A model generated the notes under the pieces. The model made no database searches and was not told where the DNA came from. It worked only from the letters and a program-made list of their open reading frames with translations. Shown here piece by piece: positions 26,400 to 40,876 of a stretch of 64,000 nucleotides of DNA (its first letter is position 1; every line of letters starts with the position of its first letter). Position numbers and translations under genes: made by a program. The stretch is from Octopus sinensis (taxonomy: Eukaryota): NCBI RefSeq assembly GCF_006345805.1, contig NC_043003.1:41850001-41914000 (forward strand). Reading direction: 5' to 3'.

Positions 26400-27000
26400 T
26401 CTGTCGTTCAAAAGTCACTTATCCGCACAAGGCGACCCATTAGTATAAAGAGCCAACATGTGTCCCTTTATCACGAAGTCTTGCCCATTACAGTGCTCGC
26501 ACCTTCCGAACCACAGCTTCCTTGTGGAAACATCTGCTGTCTGTGTATGTAACATCAACTCCACCTGCCCATTACCATCTCTGACCACCATCTACGATGT
26601 TTTGTTTACTATAGAAGAATAGCCTCAGCTTCCCAAGTCATATTTTATTCTCGTACTTTTCAACCCTAGCCTCACCCCATTTCATTCTCTTACTTTCCAC
26701 CCCACTGCATTTCATTATATTATTTTGCATACGATTCTCCAAAGGAATAGAAAGTGCTAAAGCTACCAACTGCAACGCTATTTCTGACATCAACACCATG
26801 TTATCTTAGCAGTGTTGTACTGATCATTTTGGGGAATTTTAGCAGCTTTCCAATATCTGTTTTAGCTCTCAATCTTGTTCTACGTTAGGAACCCCGGGCA
26901 GGTGTGCTTGGAAATGAAGTCTTCATAAAGCTATCATACATAAGATAGTAACCTCCGTTGGGAGGAGGTACATACAATGGCTAACATTACACCGGATAAC
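26400..27000 (-). mobile_element. Possible decayed LINE endonuclease region
   Basis: Higher-GC stretch with faint APE-like residue order on the minus strand; no intact motif. Confidence 0.25.
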
Positions 27001-27230
27001 TTGTCTTGTGGCAGCACTCTTATTCCAAGACCCAGTCAATTACCAGTGCTACTGAGGTACTGATGATGTGTCCCATTGTTTCTCCCGTCAAGGCGCGCAC
27101 GTACACATACACAGGCCCACTCACACACTCACACACATATACACATATATGATTATTTAAATAGGTATATATATAAATGTACATGTATGTATATGCGTAC
27201 GTGTGTCTATGTATATATGCAGGTATAGTC

Positions 27231-27271
<41 letters not shown>

Positions 27272-27301
27272 GCACGTATATAGAGACACAAAGTGCATAT
27301 A

Positions 27302-28531
27302 CAAGGGTCGGTTAAAGTGGTCATACGTTGAACAAGATACTCTCATGGAATATAATGATATGAGTTTTTTTTTTCAACGAATATTCATCATGCGGTCCAC
27401 ATACCTCTTCCATTGGTATTGCTGTGCATTGGTGAAAAAGCTTGTATCCTGTTTGTCAAAGATACCTACAGTAGATATAACGTCATCAACACTGTGATAT
27501 TGTTTCCCAGTCAAGTATTTTATTCGTGTTTGGGAACAAAGGATAGTCAAATGGAGCAAAATCAGCCGAATAGCGGGGGTCATCATCCAACTCCTAGCCT
27601 TAGTCACGCACAACAGCCATTAACACCAAAGTCTTATTTGGCTGGAACATTGTCCATGAAACATGACCCCTTCCGTCAGTTTAATTGGGCGCTTGGTCCT
27701 GATAAACTTTCGTAACTGCCTCAGCAAGCTGGCACAGTACTCTTCATTGATGTTGTGTCCGTTTTGCCTGTTGCATCACAAAATACTGAGAATATCATCT
27801 TTCCTGCAGATGAAATCATCTGGACCTACTTTGGAGCAGGTGAAGAAGGTTGTTTGCTCTCTATGTATTGCCTCTTTGCATTTCGCTCGAAATGATGAAC
27901 CGAACAATAACCCTGGCTTAGGAAATGTTCAGGAAAATCGGCTAGATCAGCCACAACCAATGTCAGATTTTCTCGCAATGTGATCAGGTACCAGAAGACG
28001 TGGCAGCCACCGAGCAAAATAATTTGCCATGCGACGTTCATTGGGCAGAATATTCTGTCCCCTTAAGGAATCTGCTAATAGGATTGGCTATTTCCTTTAT
28101 AGTCAGTTGCCTATTATCCATCACTATACGGTGACAACGATAATATTTTCCACGGCTGTGGCAATTTCAGTACATCCAGACTTTGCGTTATCTTCAAGAC
28201 ACTCCCCTACGCAATTTAGCTGTTTTAAACTGCTGATAAAGCTGGAGTGTCATTCACTAATGTAGCAAGTATGTCAGCATGAAAGCCCTTGGCGTCTAAA
28301 ATATTTTTTCTGTGGGTATTTCATAACACCATGATGCAAGATTATTTCTATTTTCAAGAGAAATTACACCTAGTTACGTCTGAAGTTGTCTTTGAACAGT
28401 CAGGTATCAGTTTATCTAGAAATAAACAATGCATTTATCAATACGCAGTGTTGAAATTAATGTATGCAAGATTTCACAGCTCCAGCATTATTCCTTCATA
28501 GTCAGCTTATAAACATTTCAAACACCACTTG
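27302..28531 (-). mobile_element. Near full-length decayed mariner transposon (about 1.23 kb)
   Basis: Minus-strand fragments read WLPRLL, SVHHFERNAKRQ..QPSSPAPK and KYLTGKQYHSVDDVIS, matching the WVPxxL motif and catalytic-domain order of mariner transposase. Imperfect TIRs: TA-CAAGGGTCGGTTAAAG on the left, ..TTTCAAACACCACTTG on the right. Confidence 0.85.
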
Positions 28532-28944
28532 TGCACGTGTATGTGTGTTTGTGTGTGTGTGTGTTTGTGTGTGTGCGTGTGTGTGTGTGTGTGTGACTAT
28601 TAGTGTGTGTGACTATTAGTGTGTGTGTGTGTGTATTAGTGTGTGTGTGTGAGCGTGTGTCTGTGTCTGTATGTATGCTCGCAATGGTATATTGATCTTT
28701 ATAAATCCCTTGCGCTTCAGTTTTATTACGTACCTGATAAGAGGAAATATTTATCAAGTAACTCCGTTCTGTTTATCATTATTGATACATAAATTCTCAT
28801 AAAAGTTCAAATAATTGAAGCTCTATCTGTCGCATATATATATATATGATTCTTACATCCATGATTTAATAGATATATGAATTCTCTCAGATACTCAGTT
28901 CATCGTGTACATCCACTGGCAGTTTATATCCTGCATTCATATAC

Positions 28945-29010
<66 letters not shown>

Positions 29011-29264
29011 TATATATGTATGTATGTATGTAGGAAGGTATGTATGCATATATGTATGTATGTATGTATGTATGGATGGATGGATGGATGGATGAATATA
29101 TGTATATGTATGTATATGTATATATATATATATATTATATATATATGAATGTATGTATGTTTGTATTTATGCATATATGAATTACAAGGGTAGAAAATTT
29201 AGAAACATTTCATACCAATACCTAGCATTCGTAATAAAAGTCAATAGACTACATATTTGCATAT

Positions 29265-29686
29265 ATAAAAAGTGTATGGTATTTATACACTAAAAGAGGC
29301 GACCCTTTACAGGACGCCTTACCTGCTAGATAGGGCAGCCAAACCCAGACCACAAAAACTTAATTCCAGAGAGAATAAAAACAACAATTATTTAATAGCT
29401 AATCCCAAAGTCGAGTTTCTGTATTAATGAATAAATAAATTAATTTGTCATCTGATGAAGTACGGACGACAAATTAATTAATTTTTTTATTAATACAGAA
29501 AATCGAGTTCGGATTAACTGTAAATAATTGTCGTTTTCATTCTCTTTGGAATTAGTTTCTTTCGCGGTTGGGTTTGTCTGCCCTCTCTAGCATGTAGTGC
29601 GTCTTGGTTTGTCTGCCCTCTCTAGCATGTAGTGCGTCTTGTAGAGGGTCGTCTCTTTTAGTGTATAAATACTATACACTTTTTAT
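29265..29686. mobile_element. 422-bp foldback (almost wholly palindromic) element
   Basis: Left arm 29265-29452 is the reverse complement of right arm 29465-29686, around a 12-nt spacer. The right arm has a perfect 35-bp tandem duplication (29571-29640). Confidence 0.85.
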
Positions 29687-29747
29687 GGATTTATGTATAT
29701 ATATATATATATATATGTATATGTATATGTATATATACATGCACACA

Positions 29748-29788
<41 letters not shown>

Positions 29789-29789
29789 G

Positions 29790-29842
<53 letters not shown>

Positions 29843-30360
29843 TTATATATATAACAAAGTGGAGTTGTAGGGTACCGCACGAGTGGAATTATATACGAAA
29901 GAAGGTTTGAAAGTGCAATTTAAAAGATGTTTATTTACTTTATCGGTTTTACTCTTTGGAAAAAGATTGTCAAAAGTAACATGTAGAAGTTTGGTTGCGT
30001 TAATTATTGGTTGTTACACATTGCTACGTTACATATATACAGTCTTTGGTAACAGGGACATGTTAGGGACGTAAAAAATTCAACAAGTTCCTTAAAATAT
30101 TGGGCACAAAAGATTACTACATAAATAATCATTCTCAAGGACATGCTTAAGATAGTTTCCAGAAGGAATTGATATTGCTATTGGTATCGTATCTGTATAT
30201 TCAAACATGCACAGAATATTGGTTGACACAGAGTACTACAATCCATATAAATATACATTCTTTGGTGACAAGAGCATGTTAAGAATATAAAAAAAGTTTA
30301 ACAAGCTCATTGAAATATTGGGCACAAGAGATTACAACAAATATAGTATACGTTCTCATA

Positions 30361-30399
<39 letters not shown>

Positions 30400-30648
30400 A
30401 TATATATGTAAATATATATTCACTTTTATAAACGTATAATTTGTGTATGTACGCATACATACATGCATATATGTGTGTGTATGCATATATATATACATAC
30501 GTACTTCATATAAAATACACTGTACATCATTTTACAGAGGACAGTATTTTATATGAATAATATATAGTCTAATGACTATTTTTTCTATACGCTAGCTCAC
30601 TGGTAGTAAAATCTTTATTACCCCGGTATTATTAATTACACACACACT

Positions 30649-30684
<36 letters not shown>

Positions 30685-30715
30685 AAGATAATTAGTTGAA
30701 ATCTATCGAGTTATA

Positions 30716-30769
<54 letters not shown>

Positions 30770-31818
30770 CGCTTTCCCGTAGCTGTCTTTGCTTTCATCT
30801 CCATTTTCTTATAATGTTCTTGATTTGATGTGAAATAGAACAAAACGTAATGCTTTAAGATTTCACGCCTCGCTACTGAAGTTCTGTTTGATTTCATTTT
30901 ACCCTGATTTTATTATCTGTAAATTAGTCAAATATGAACAATTAAAACATAGAGAGTGAAGAAACTAAAGAGGGAATTTTTTTTTTGTCTGTGTTATATC
31001 ACTATCGTCTCCTATGCTACCATCTTTATATTTCTGCCGACTATGTCTTTGCGATGTAACTAGTTTAATGTTTGACAAACCTGCAAATAGGAAAATAGAG
31101 AAAGCGATTGTATGGCATTTCTATTCGGCCATTAATGCTTCACAAGATCTAAAGGTACAGCTATTCACTCATCATTATTTAATAGACCAGAGACATCAGT
31201 TGTTATGAAAGGCTACCGTGCTTCTGATCTCGCTCTAAGAAATAACTCTCAAATAAAAATAGGTGGTTCACCAGAACAGTGATCCAAGTTTTGGTCTATT
31301 TCAATATTTTTCATGACTAACAAAGAATACTGACAGCGTAAGAGCGTTCGATAAAAACACTTTGCTTTTACATGTAGACAATGTTCAATGTCACCCAACT
31401 AACATTGATGATCTGAAAAATAATGTTCAATATCGGCAATTGAACAGGTGTATCAAATCATCGGTACTTCGAATGGTCGGGCCTTTAAGTTCAAACTCTA
31501 CTGATTTTGAATTTCCATTGCAATATTTTGAGATTGATAATGAAGTAACAACGTTCGATTTTGGAGTTATACCTATCTATATAGATATGTCTACGGGGTG
31601 GGGATATATATCTATATCAGTCAATCAATCAACCAATCTATCTATCTACCTATCTACCTTCCCATCTATCTATTTATCTATCCATCTATCTGTCAATCCA
31701 TCCATCATTCTTTGTACTTATATATGTGTGTGTGTATATATATATAGAGAGAGAGGGGGAGAGAAAGAGAGACTTATATGTGCGCGTGTGTGTTTCTGGG
31801 TGGGTGTTTGTGAATGAG

Positions 31819-31880
<62 letters not shown>

Positions 31881-34745
31881 TAGATAAAAACACCTAAAGG
31901 TAAATGAGAGACAAGCGATAATCATCGATATTTCTATGTGACTGTTCAAAGCCACATCCCGAACAAGGCCTGCTGCAAGCCATGTGTATGTCAGTGATTT
32001 TGTATACATTTACTACGTTTCCCAACTCAATTGTATATATTCACTAGATCTGTGTACATAATAGTAAAATGACGATTGAAAACTGCCGACAATGTCATCA
32101 AATAGCAAATACTTCTATTCCTGGTATGGTTAAATTGTGGATCCCCAGGTTGTTTTAAAAAGAGAGGTTATGAATTCATACACATTTGCACACGCGTCTA
32201 CAGAGACATAGGAAGGTAAATTACAAAGACATTTACACTCACAAACGCATATCTGCGCGTGTAAGTATACACGCATACATCACACATATTCATATAAATG
32301 AGGAAGGGCAGGAGTAGTCGCAAAATAAGTAGGACAAGTTAGTTGGTAACATGCCTCTGTTAATTGTCTTGGATGCTCTCAATAAACACGAACACATACA
32401 CACAAACATACTTGCACACATACTTTTACAACACATTATAGATTATTTTTCAGACTAAAGCGTTAATATTGCGCAATATTAAATTAAATAAATATCAAAG
32501 GAGCATGAAAATAAGCAGTGCATTCAGTGCTGAATGCGTACGCATCACATTATAGCTTCCTCGGAGCATAAAATAGTGATTGCGTTTTTCGAAATTTCGG
32601 AGCTGTAACCTAATGCACATGCACATAGCTCTGAATGCTCTTCTGCATCGAATACCAGAAACAGCTCAAAGGTAACGAAATTGGAAATGGATGCGTGGTG
32701 TTCAATCAAATGATAATGTAAATTATATATATATGCATATATGGGTACAAGACGTCACAAACAATTAATTGCATGAAATGCGATAACAAATGAGTTGAAT
32801 ACGCAAACGAGAGAAACAAATGGAAAGCAGTAACATAAAGAATGACCCTTCATCAGTTGTCGGCTACCTATCAGCTCCTCATTTCGAGCATTGAATGGCA
32901 ATATGAACCTTCGAAGGCAGTTGCTTCTAGAAAAGCCAAAATAAAATGTGGCATTTATGGAGGGTCAACGTTGGCAGCAAAACAGGACAATGGAGACATA
33001 TAAGGGAACATAACGAAAACAAACATGATGGGTCGTTTGACTAGACGCAGGTAAAACAGCGATCGTTGGAGAAATATTTTGTTTGAGAAGAGAAAAGATA
33101 GAAGAGAGAGATAGATAGGATAGTCCAACCTCTAGGACAGCCCTGAAAGAAAAGAATGATGATCACGTGAGGAAAAGAAAGATGGACGATGGTCATGTGT
33201 GAGCAACACGAGAGAGAGAGAGAGAGTAAAGGAGAAAGAGGGTGTGAGAGACATATAGAAAACAGTGAAAGGGAGAAAAAGGAATTAGAGAAACGATGAG
33301 AGAGAAAGCGATAGGGGAGATTACAGTATAGAGTAGCGTCGCATCAAAAAGTTTAAGATAAAATTATTTTGAATTGGATGCGTGGCGTTGAATCAAAAAC
33401 CAATATAAATAATATATATATATATATATCAACACCATCATCCTCAATGGCAGCGATCACCATCCCTCTGACGTCAACAATTCCTCTACATGAACTTGTA
33501 GTAATGTTATTTACTGTATCTCCTCTCTCTCTCTCTCTCTCTCTCTCTTTATCTCTCTTTTCCTCTCTCTCTCCCACTCGCTGTGCTTCCCAGTACTTCA
33601 AACTCGGCAATGACACCCCAGTCTCAAACGACTTCCGCTCTACTGGTCATTCACTACAACATCTGTGTTCGGACTGTCTCTGTACATAAGCCACTCGGAC
33701 TCCCGCATTTGCTGTGAACAGGAATTACTCTTCTCTTTTCGTTGCATTTTGCGCCCCATTTATATATATAACAAAAATAGAGATTAAAAATCCTGGTAGA
33801 TATCAAGTAACCACTCAATATAATCTAATAAGGTGAAATTTCCTACAAGTAGATACCAGTAAATTTATATAGAATACAAATCATAGGTAAATCCTCATGT
33901 ATAACAGGTAAATCCAACAATCCTAGTAGAGAATTTTAAGAAATTCAGAGTATCAACGACAATGAATAATATGTACGAAGAAAATCATATCTTTATTTTA
34001 GATCATACCATAAAAATCCAACAATTGTTTCAATTCTATTAACATATACATACATACATATCTATAAGTGTGTGTCTGTGTGTGTCTGTATACATACAAC
34101 ACATTATATATACATAATATTATGAAAATTAATAATAATATGTACGAAAATTTATGTCATCAACATTATCAAAGTAATCCAAATTGGTGAAATTCTAACT
34201 GAACATCCGAGAAAATTTTAGCTGTTAAAAAACGCTGACAAAAAGACAGCCAAACCACATTTAGTTTTAGACATTCATTCATTCAACCAAGAGCGACGTC
34301 ATTGAATAACTAATTTACTTCATAAAAATATAATACAACAAATACTAATTCCATATTTTTTGACAATTTGAAATCTACATAAAACAAAAACCTCACGTAG
34401 AAAACGAGTATATTTATCTACAAAAATTGATTGTCATGTGTATATATGTATATATATATATTCACGCATATCTATATGTGTGCACGTATATGAATGTATT
34501 TATGTATGTATGTATGTATATATATTTATATATATACATATACATGTATATGTATATATATTTACATCCCTTTCGACGAGCTTAGAAAAAGCCTATGCCG
34601 TAACTGAATATGCGAGGGACCATTCGTGGATATATGGAAGCGTTTATTCAAACATGAAAAAAATAAAATCTGCCATAAGTGTGCGTGTGTTTGTGTGTGT
34701 GTGTGTGTGTTGTGTGTGTGTGTGTGTGTATGTGTGTGTATGTGT

Positions 34746-34784
<39 letters not shown>

Positions 34785-35024
34785 CGTGTATCCCTGCACG
34801 TGGAAGTGTGAATGCGAGAGCGCGATACATTTAAATATATGCGTAAAGAACTCAGCATACACAGGTATGGTTGTGCAGCAACGTGCACCAACTTATGCAA
34901 AATCTATGACGATAGGAAAAAATATTTAATTGCACATGTAGTACATATGCACAGAATACACGCAGCCCTGGTAAATTTTAGTCGAATGAATCAAGTTGAA
35001 TGGATTGATGCCATGTCTTATATT

Positions 35025-35318
35025 TCAAGCCTTCTTCTTATTCTATCGGTCTCTTTCGCCGAGCCCCTATTTTACAGAAACGTAAACACACCAGCAAAGG
35101 TTGTCAATCGGTGCTGGTGTGCAAACACGGACAAAATGTCACACACATATCTATACGATAGGCTCCTTTCAGTTTTCGTCAAGCAAATCTACTTACAATG
35201 TTTTGTTAGCCCGAGGCTATACTGGAAGACACTTGCTCAAGATGCCATGCAGTGGGACATAATCCAGGACGATGGCGTGGGGAAGCAAGCTTCTAATCAA
35301 GCAGCCACGACTGCGCCT
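35025..35318 (-). mobile_element. SINE family A (copy 1 of duplicated unit)
   Basis: Reverse complement of the head ends at GCAGCCACGACTGCGCCT (35318). Confidence 0.75.
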
Positions 35319-35956
35319 ACGAGAAATGTTGTCTCTAATCATCTAAAGCAACACTAAACGTTTGATTTTGTGTGTATATTTTTACATGACAAAAACGGTA
35401 TTATACTGAATGACACTTATTACATCTAGCTTCGATATAGAAACGGAAGACAATGCCTAAGGTCTCACATTTCACGAACGCTTGCTAATTATATGTTAGT
35501 TCAACTAAACTATACAAATGTCGATAAAATATTAACTGAAATTAAAGAATATTCCTATTTGTATTCGGGGATAACCCGCATCATTTAACGCTTATATTCT
35601 CTTACAGCGAGATTAAATTTTAGATTAATATAATTTGACATTCTAGATAATTATTCATCGATCAGTAAAACACTGCGTAATGAGATCCCAAATATTGCTA
35701 AAGCTATTACTATCATTACTAATGCATATATCAATGTTACAAACAGGCTAGTTCTACAGATTTATTGACCAGATGACGTATTTCGATAATAATGGCGAAT
35801 TGTATAGGGAGGACGGACTTGTCTTCCCTCGAAATCCGTAAATTTCTGATTTATAAATTGACGTTAAGCATTTTCTGATCAGATAGATAGTAAATTGAAA
35901 TATCTATAATAAAATTATTATATTTACCCATATTCTATCAAATACGTGAAACACAA

Positions 35957-36032
<76 letters not shown>

Positions 36033-36300
36033 TGTGTGTGTGTGTGTGTGTGTGTGTACGCGTGTATCCCTGCACGTGGAAGTGTGAATGCGAGAGCGCG
36101 ATACATTTAAATATATGCGTAAAGAACTCAGCATACACAGGTATTGTTGTGCAGCAACGTGCACCAACTTATGCAAAATCTATGACGATAGGAAAAAATA
36201 TTTAATTGCACATGTAGTACATATGCACAGAATACACGCAGCCCTGGTAAATTTTAGTCGAATGAATCAAGTTGAATGGATTGATGCCATGTCTTATATT

Positions 36301-36594
36301 TCAAGCCTTCTTCTTATTCTATCGGTCTCTTTCGCCGAGCCCCTATTTTACAGAAACGTAAACACACCAGCAAAGGTTGTCAATCGGTGCTGGTGTGCAA
36401 ACACGGACAAAATGTCACACACATATCTATACGATAGGCTCCTTTCAGTTTTCGTCAAGCAAATCTACTTACAATGTTTTGTTAGCCCGAGGCTATACTG
36501 GAAGACACTTGCTCAAGATGCCATGCAGTGGGACATAATCCAGGACGATGGCGTGGGGAAGCAAGCTTCTAATCAAGCAGCCACGACTGCGCCT
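36301..36594 (-). mobile_element. SINE family A (copy 2 of duplicated unit)
   Basis: Same sequence as 35025-35318, offset by 1276 bp. Confidence 0.75.
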
Positions 36595-37232
36595 ACGAGA
36601 AATGTTGTCTCTAATCATCTAAAGCAACACTAAACGTTTGATTTTGTGTGTATATTTTTACATGACAAAAACGTATTATACTGAATGACACTTATTACAT
36701 CTAGCTTCGATATAGAAACGGAAGACAATGCCTAAGGTCTCACATTTCACGAACGCTTGCTAATTATATGTTAGTTCAACTAAACTATACAAATGTCGAT
36801 AAAATATTAACTGAAATTAAAGAATATTCCTATTTGTATTCGGGGATAACCCGCATCATTTAACGCTTATATTCTCTTACAGCGAGATTAAATTTTAGAT
36901 TAATATAATTTGACATTCTAGATAATTATTCATCGATCAGTAAAACACTGCGTAATGAGATCCCAAATATTGCTAAAGCTATTACTATCATTACTAATGC
37001 ATATATCAATGTTACAAACAGGCTAGTTCTACAGATTTATTGACCAGATGACGTATTTCGATAATAATGGCGAATTGTATAGGGAGGACGGACTTGTCTT
37101 CCCTCGAAATCCGTAAATTTCTGATTTATAAATTGACGTTAAGCATTTTCTGATCAGATAGATAGTAAATTGAAATATCTATAATAAAATTATTATATTT
37201 AACCCATATTCTATCAAATACGTGAAACACAA

Positions 37233-37293
<61 letters not shown>

Positions 37294-37305
37294 GTGTGTG
37301 TGTGT

Positions 37306-37349
<44 letters not shown>

Positions 37350-37562
37350 TATATATATATGTGTGTGTGTATATATATATTATATATTTATTGCACTTTC
37401 TGCTTTTTCCTATTGTTGTTTATCTCTCCTTGTTTCTTTCTGTGTTCCTCTCTGTGGAAGAGCGTAGGCTCGAAACGTAAATGACATTTTCAATTTCCGA
37501 GCGTTATACTAATACATCTTTTTGTTTTCTACACCACCTGTCTTCGTCTCTCTCTCTCTCTA

Positions 37563-37714
<152 letters not shown>

Positions 37715-37746
37715 CAAATGGACGTTGCAAAATAGATGAAATTATA

Positions 37747-38515
37747 CGAGTTGTGTTCAAAAAGTATCCGATTTTAATTTTTCCTGCCAAAACTAATGCT
37801 TCGTGAGCAAAAAAAATTTCAGGCATCCTGCGCATGCCTGAAAACTTCTACGCGTAGGCCGCCTCACTTCTCGTCTACTATGCCTATAATACAGACGTGT
37901 AGCTTGCGCGCGTCGGATCTTCGTTTTCAGACAATTTGATCTAACGCATCGACCAAGCACAAAACCCCGCCTCTCGTTACCTGTGATAAAGACCTTCATG
38001 ATGTCTGGGCATAGTCCAGCACTCCCTATGCGATTTCCATGCGGAGTTGCTTCTGCTTCTCCATCAGCATCTTGGGGACGAATTTCGCCGCCACTCCCTC
38101 ATGCTCAATTCCTCTGTTAAAATAGGAGGCACTGATCTTATGCTTATTCCCACTTCGTGAGTAATTCCTTGGGCAGTCCGCCATGACTACACACCCGACA
38201 GTTTGCCATGACTACTCGCCGAACCATCCCAAGTTTCGGCTTGTGGATGGCCTTCCTGAATCTTCTGGATAGCTTGAGCTTGAATGTCAACAAGCGTTTA
38301 GCACAACCTGTAGCAATATCTCAATTTGATGAGTTCGGCGAAAGCGAACATCCGACCAGTAATCACTTCACATCTTTACTCTCGGCGTAGCACAGGGAAC
38401 TGATGCGGCCTAACCTCACCAAATATTTTCATGCATTGCTCACGAAGGGGGACATCGTCTCACACCCAAAGGTGGCGTTAGTTTTGGTCGATACTTTTTG
38501 AACACACCTCAAACG
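37747..38515 (-). mobile_element. Internally deleted mariner derivative (about 770 bp)
   Basis: TIRs TA-CGAGTTGTGTTCAAAAAGTATCCGA and TCGATACTTTTTGAACACACCTC. Minus-strand remnant reads ..AAKFVPKMLMEKQKQLRMEIA..MKVFITGNE (N-terminal half up to the first catalytic Asp region). Confidence 0.8.
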
Positions 38516-38638
38516 TATGTGCGTGTGTCTATATGTGTGTGTATACACACACACACATATAAATAGTTATCTATTCCAGTGATGTTTTATGTCTTTGTGC
38601 CACCCTCTATCTCTCTTTCCTTCTTTCTTTCTCTATAC

Positions 38639-38675
<37 letters not shown>

Positions 38676-39500
38676 AGAGAGAGAAAAAGAGAGAGTAATA
38701 TAAATCATAATTATAGTTTTCAATTTACTTACCACTAACATTTTGAAATTCTTTTCGAGCAAAAACGGTAACTATATTTTCGGGGGATTTTTCGATTACA
38801 GATTTCGTTATTAAGTATTCTTTCTTGTTTACACATGTTTTTGTTTCCATTTTTTTATAATATATTGTTAATTCAAGTTGGGCCATCACTATTATATCAA
38901 GCCCACTCTTTCACTTTTTCTGATACCTTGTGGCCCATTCACATCCTCATTAGTTAGATTAGTATATCTTTTATCTCAACATAGGTATCAATATTGGTAT
39001 TAATATTAGCACCATAATGGGCATTGGTGTTAGCATTGTAATTGATATCGATATTGCTACAAAGGTGTTGATGCTGTTATTAATGTTTTAATAGTTTCAT
39101 TTAGCTTGCTTTATGAATATGTATAAACAAATATATTATTCATTTTCTATCATTTTATTACACATTTTTTTATATTTTATATATTTTTATATTTTATAAT
39201 TTTAGATATTTTTATATTTTATATCTTTCTGTATTTTCTGATATTTTGTACATTTTTGATATATTTTTTAAAAATTTTATCGTCTTCATTAGTTATATTT
39301 TGTTATTTTGCGTTTTAAAGTTTGTTATTATTTATGATTTTATGCTTTACACTGTCTATTATTTAGATTGTTTATATAAGATACTACTTTTAAGAAACAA
39401 AACATATGGTCTAACTTTGTGAAAGATATTATGAGCCTAACTCTTTAAACAATTCTGTATGCCTAAATTACTTCACCATTATAATTCCTGTATTCTTATA

Positions 39501-40039
39501 TTAGGTTGTCCGAAAAGTTCGTGCCTATTTATAGCAGCTTAACTTTCGACTTATTTTAGAATATGGTTGAGTCCATAAAATAGGATTTTACTATCTTTTT
39601 GTAGAAGAAGGTTTATGTTTGTATAACCTGTGTTAATTCTGTAACCATTTAAATTGGAAGATAAGAAAGTTCATTTTCGGCACTTGATGCTTTGGGAACC
39701 AGACAAAAATTGCTGCAGCTCGGCTGGGATGTGTTACTCCACCCTCCATATTCACCAGATATTGCTCTTTCGGATTTCCACTTATTCAGGTCTCTGCAGA
39801 AAAGTCTTAATGGTAAAAATTCCAATTTTTTGGATGACGTAAAATGATACCTTGATGGGTTTTTTTTGCCATGATACCACCTCAATTTGGGGAGGAGAGT
39901 GCTTTCAATTTAAAGGAAAGATGGGGACGCATCGTGCAACAAAATGGTTCATATTTACGTGATTAAAAATGTAATGGCAAGTATTTCTTGACACTTTTCT
40001 TCCCTTTAAAAATCGACACAAACTTTCCGGACAACCCAA
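39501..40039 (+). mobile_element. Internally deleted mariner (539 bp), TA-flanked
   Basis: TA at 39499-39500 and 40040-40041. TIRs TTAGGTTGTCCGAAAAGTTCGTG and CACAAACTTTCCGGACAACCCAA. N-terminus MEDKKVHFRHLML is fused to the C-terminal LGWDVLLHPPYSPDIALSDFHLFRSL. Confidence 0.9.
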
Positions 40040-40684
40040 TACATTATACTTCGTCGTGTTTAGACGAACCGTTCACCAGATCATCAATTGTTATTCGTTA
40101 AAAATTTGTCGCCATGTTTGTCTTCTTTAAGTACAGTATATTTATATGAAAAAATGTTTTTACTGTATTTTAACATATTTTACTTCTTATGTCCTACGGA
40201 TATATTATGCGTTTATATATTTGTCTGTTGTTTGTGTGCATAGAATGAAACATGAAATTGATCGTATAAATGAACCGGCCTAATTATCAACACTCTCCAG
40301 CTATAAAGACATGACACTAATGTATATACGAAGCGTGTGATCGTCGGCAACTTGCATTCATTAGGAATATAAAGATATACATCTACACATAAACATACAC
40401 ACACATTGCTTTTATGCTTTTATATGTATATTATTGTTGAGTTTTGTTAAATTCTTTTTATAGTAGAGTTAACTTAATTTACTTAAAATGTTTCTGGTAT
40501 CTTTTCAGATTGTAGAGTCTTGGTTTTAAATTTAGATCAAAAACGTATAAATTCACACACGTACAGAACAGACACACACACACAGACGCACGCATGCATA
40601 ATACATGTACATACATACATACATACATACTTCGTTTGTCTTCCACCTGCCTTCGTCTTTTGTTTATTTTCATAAAGCTTCCCG

Positions 40685-40873
<189 letters not shown>

Positions 40874-40876
40874 AGT

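Larger units (their letters stand above)
34690..37280. repeat. Near-identical tandem duplication, period 1276 bp, bounded by (TG)n and (TA)n
   Basis: Unique parts 34781-35960 and 36057-37236. Identical 181-aa ORFs at 34812 and 36088 on the minus strand. Confidence 0.95.

Noticed and set aside
34812-36633. Twin 181-aa ORFs (34812-35357 and 36088-36633, minus strand)
   Set aside because: They read through a SINE and exist twice only because of the tandem duplication; no protein motif.
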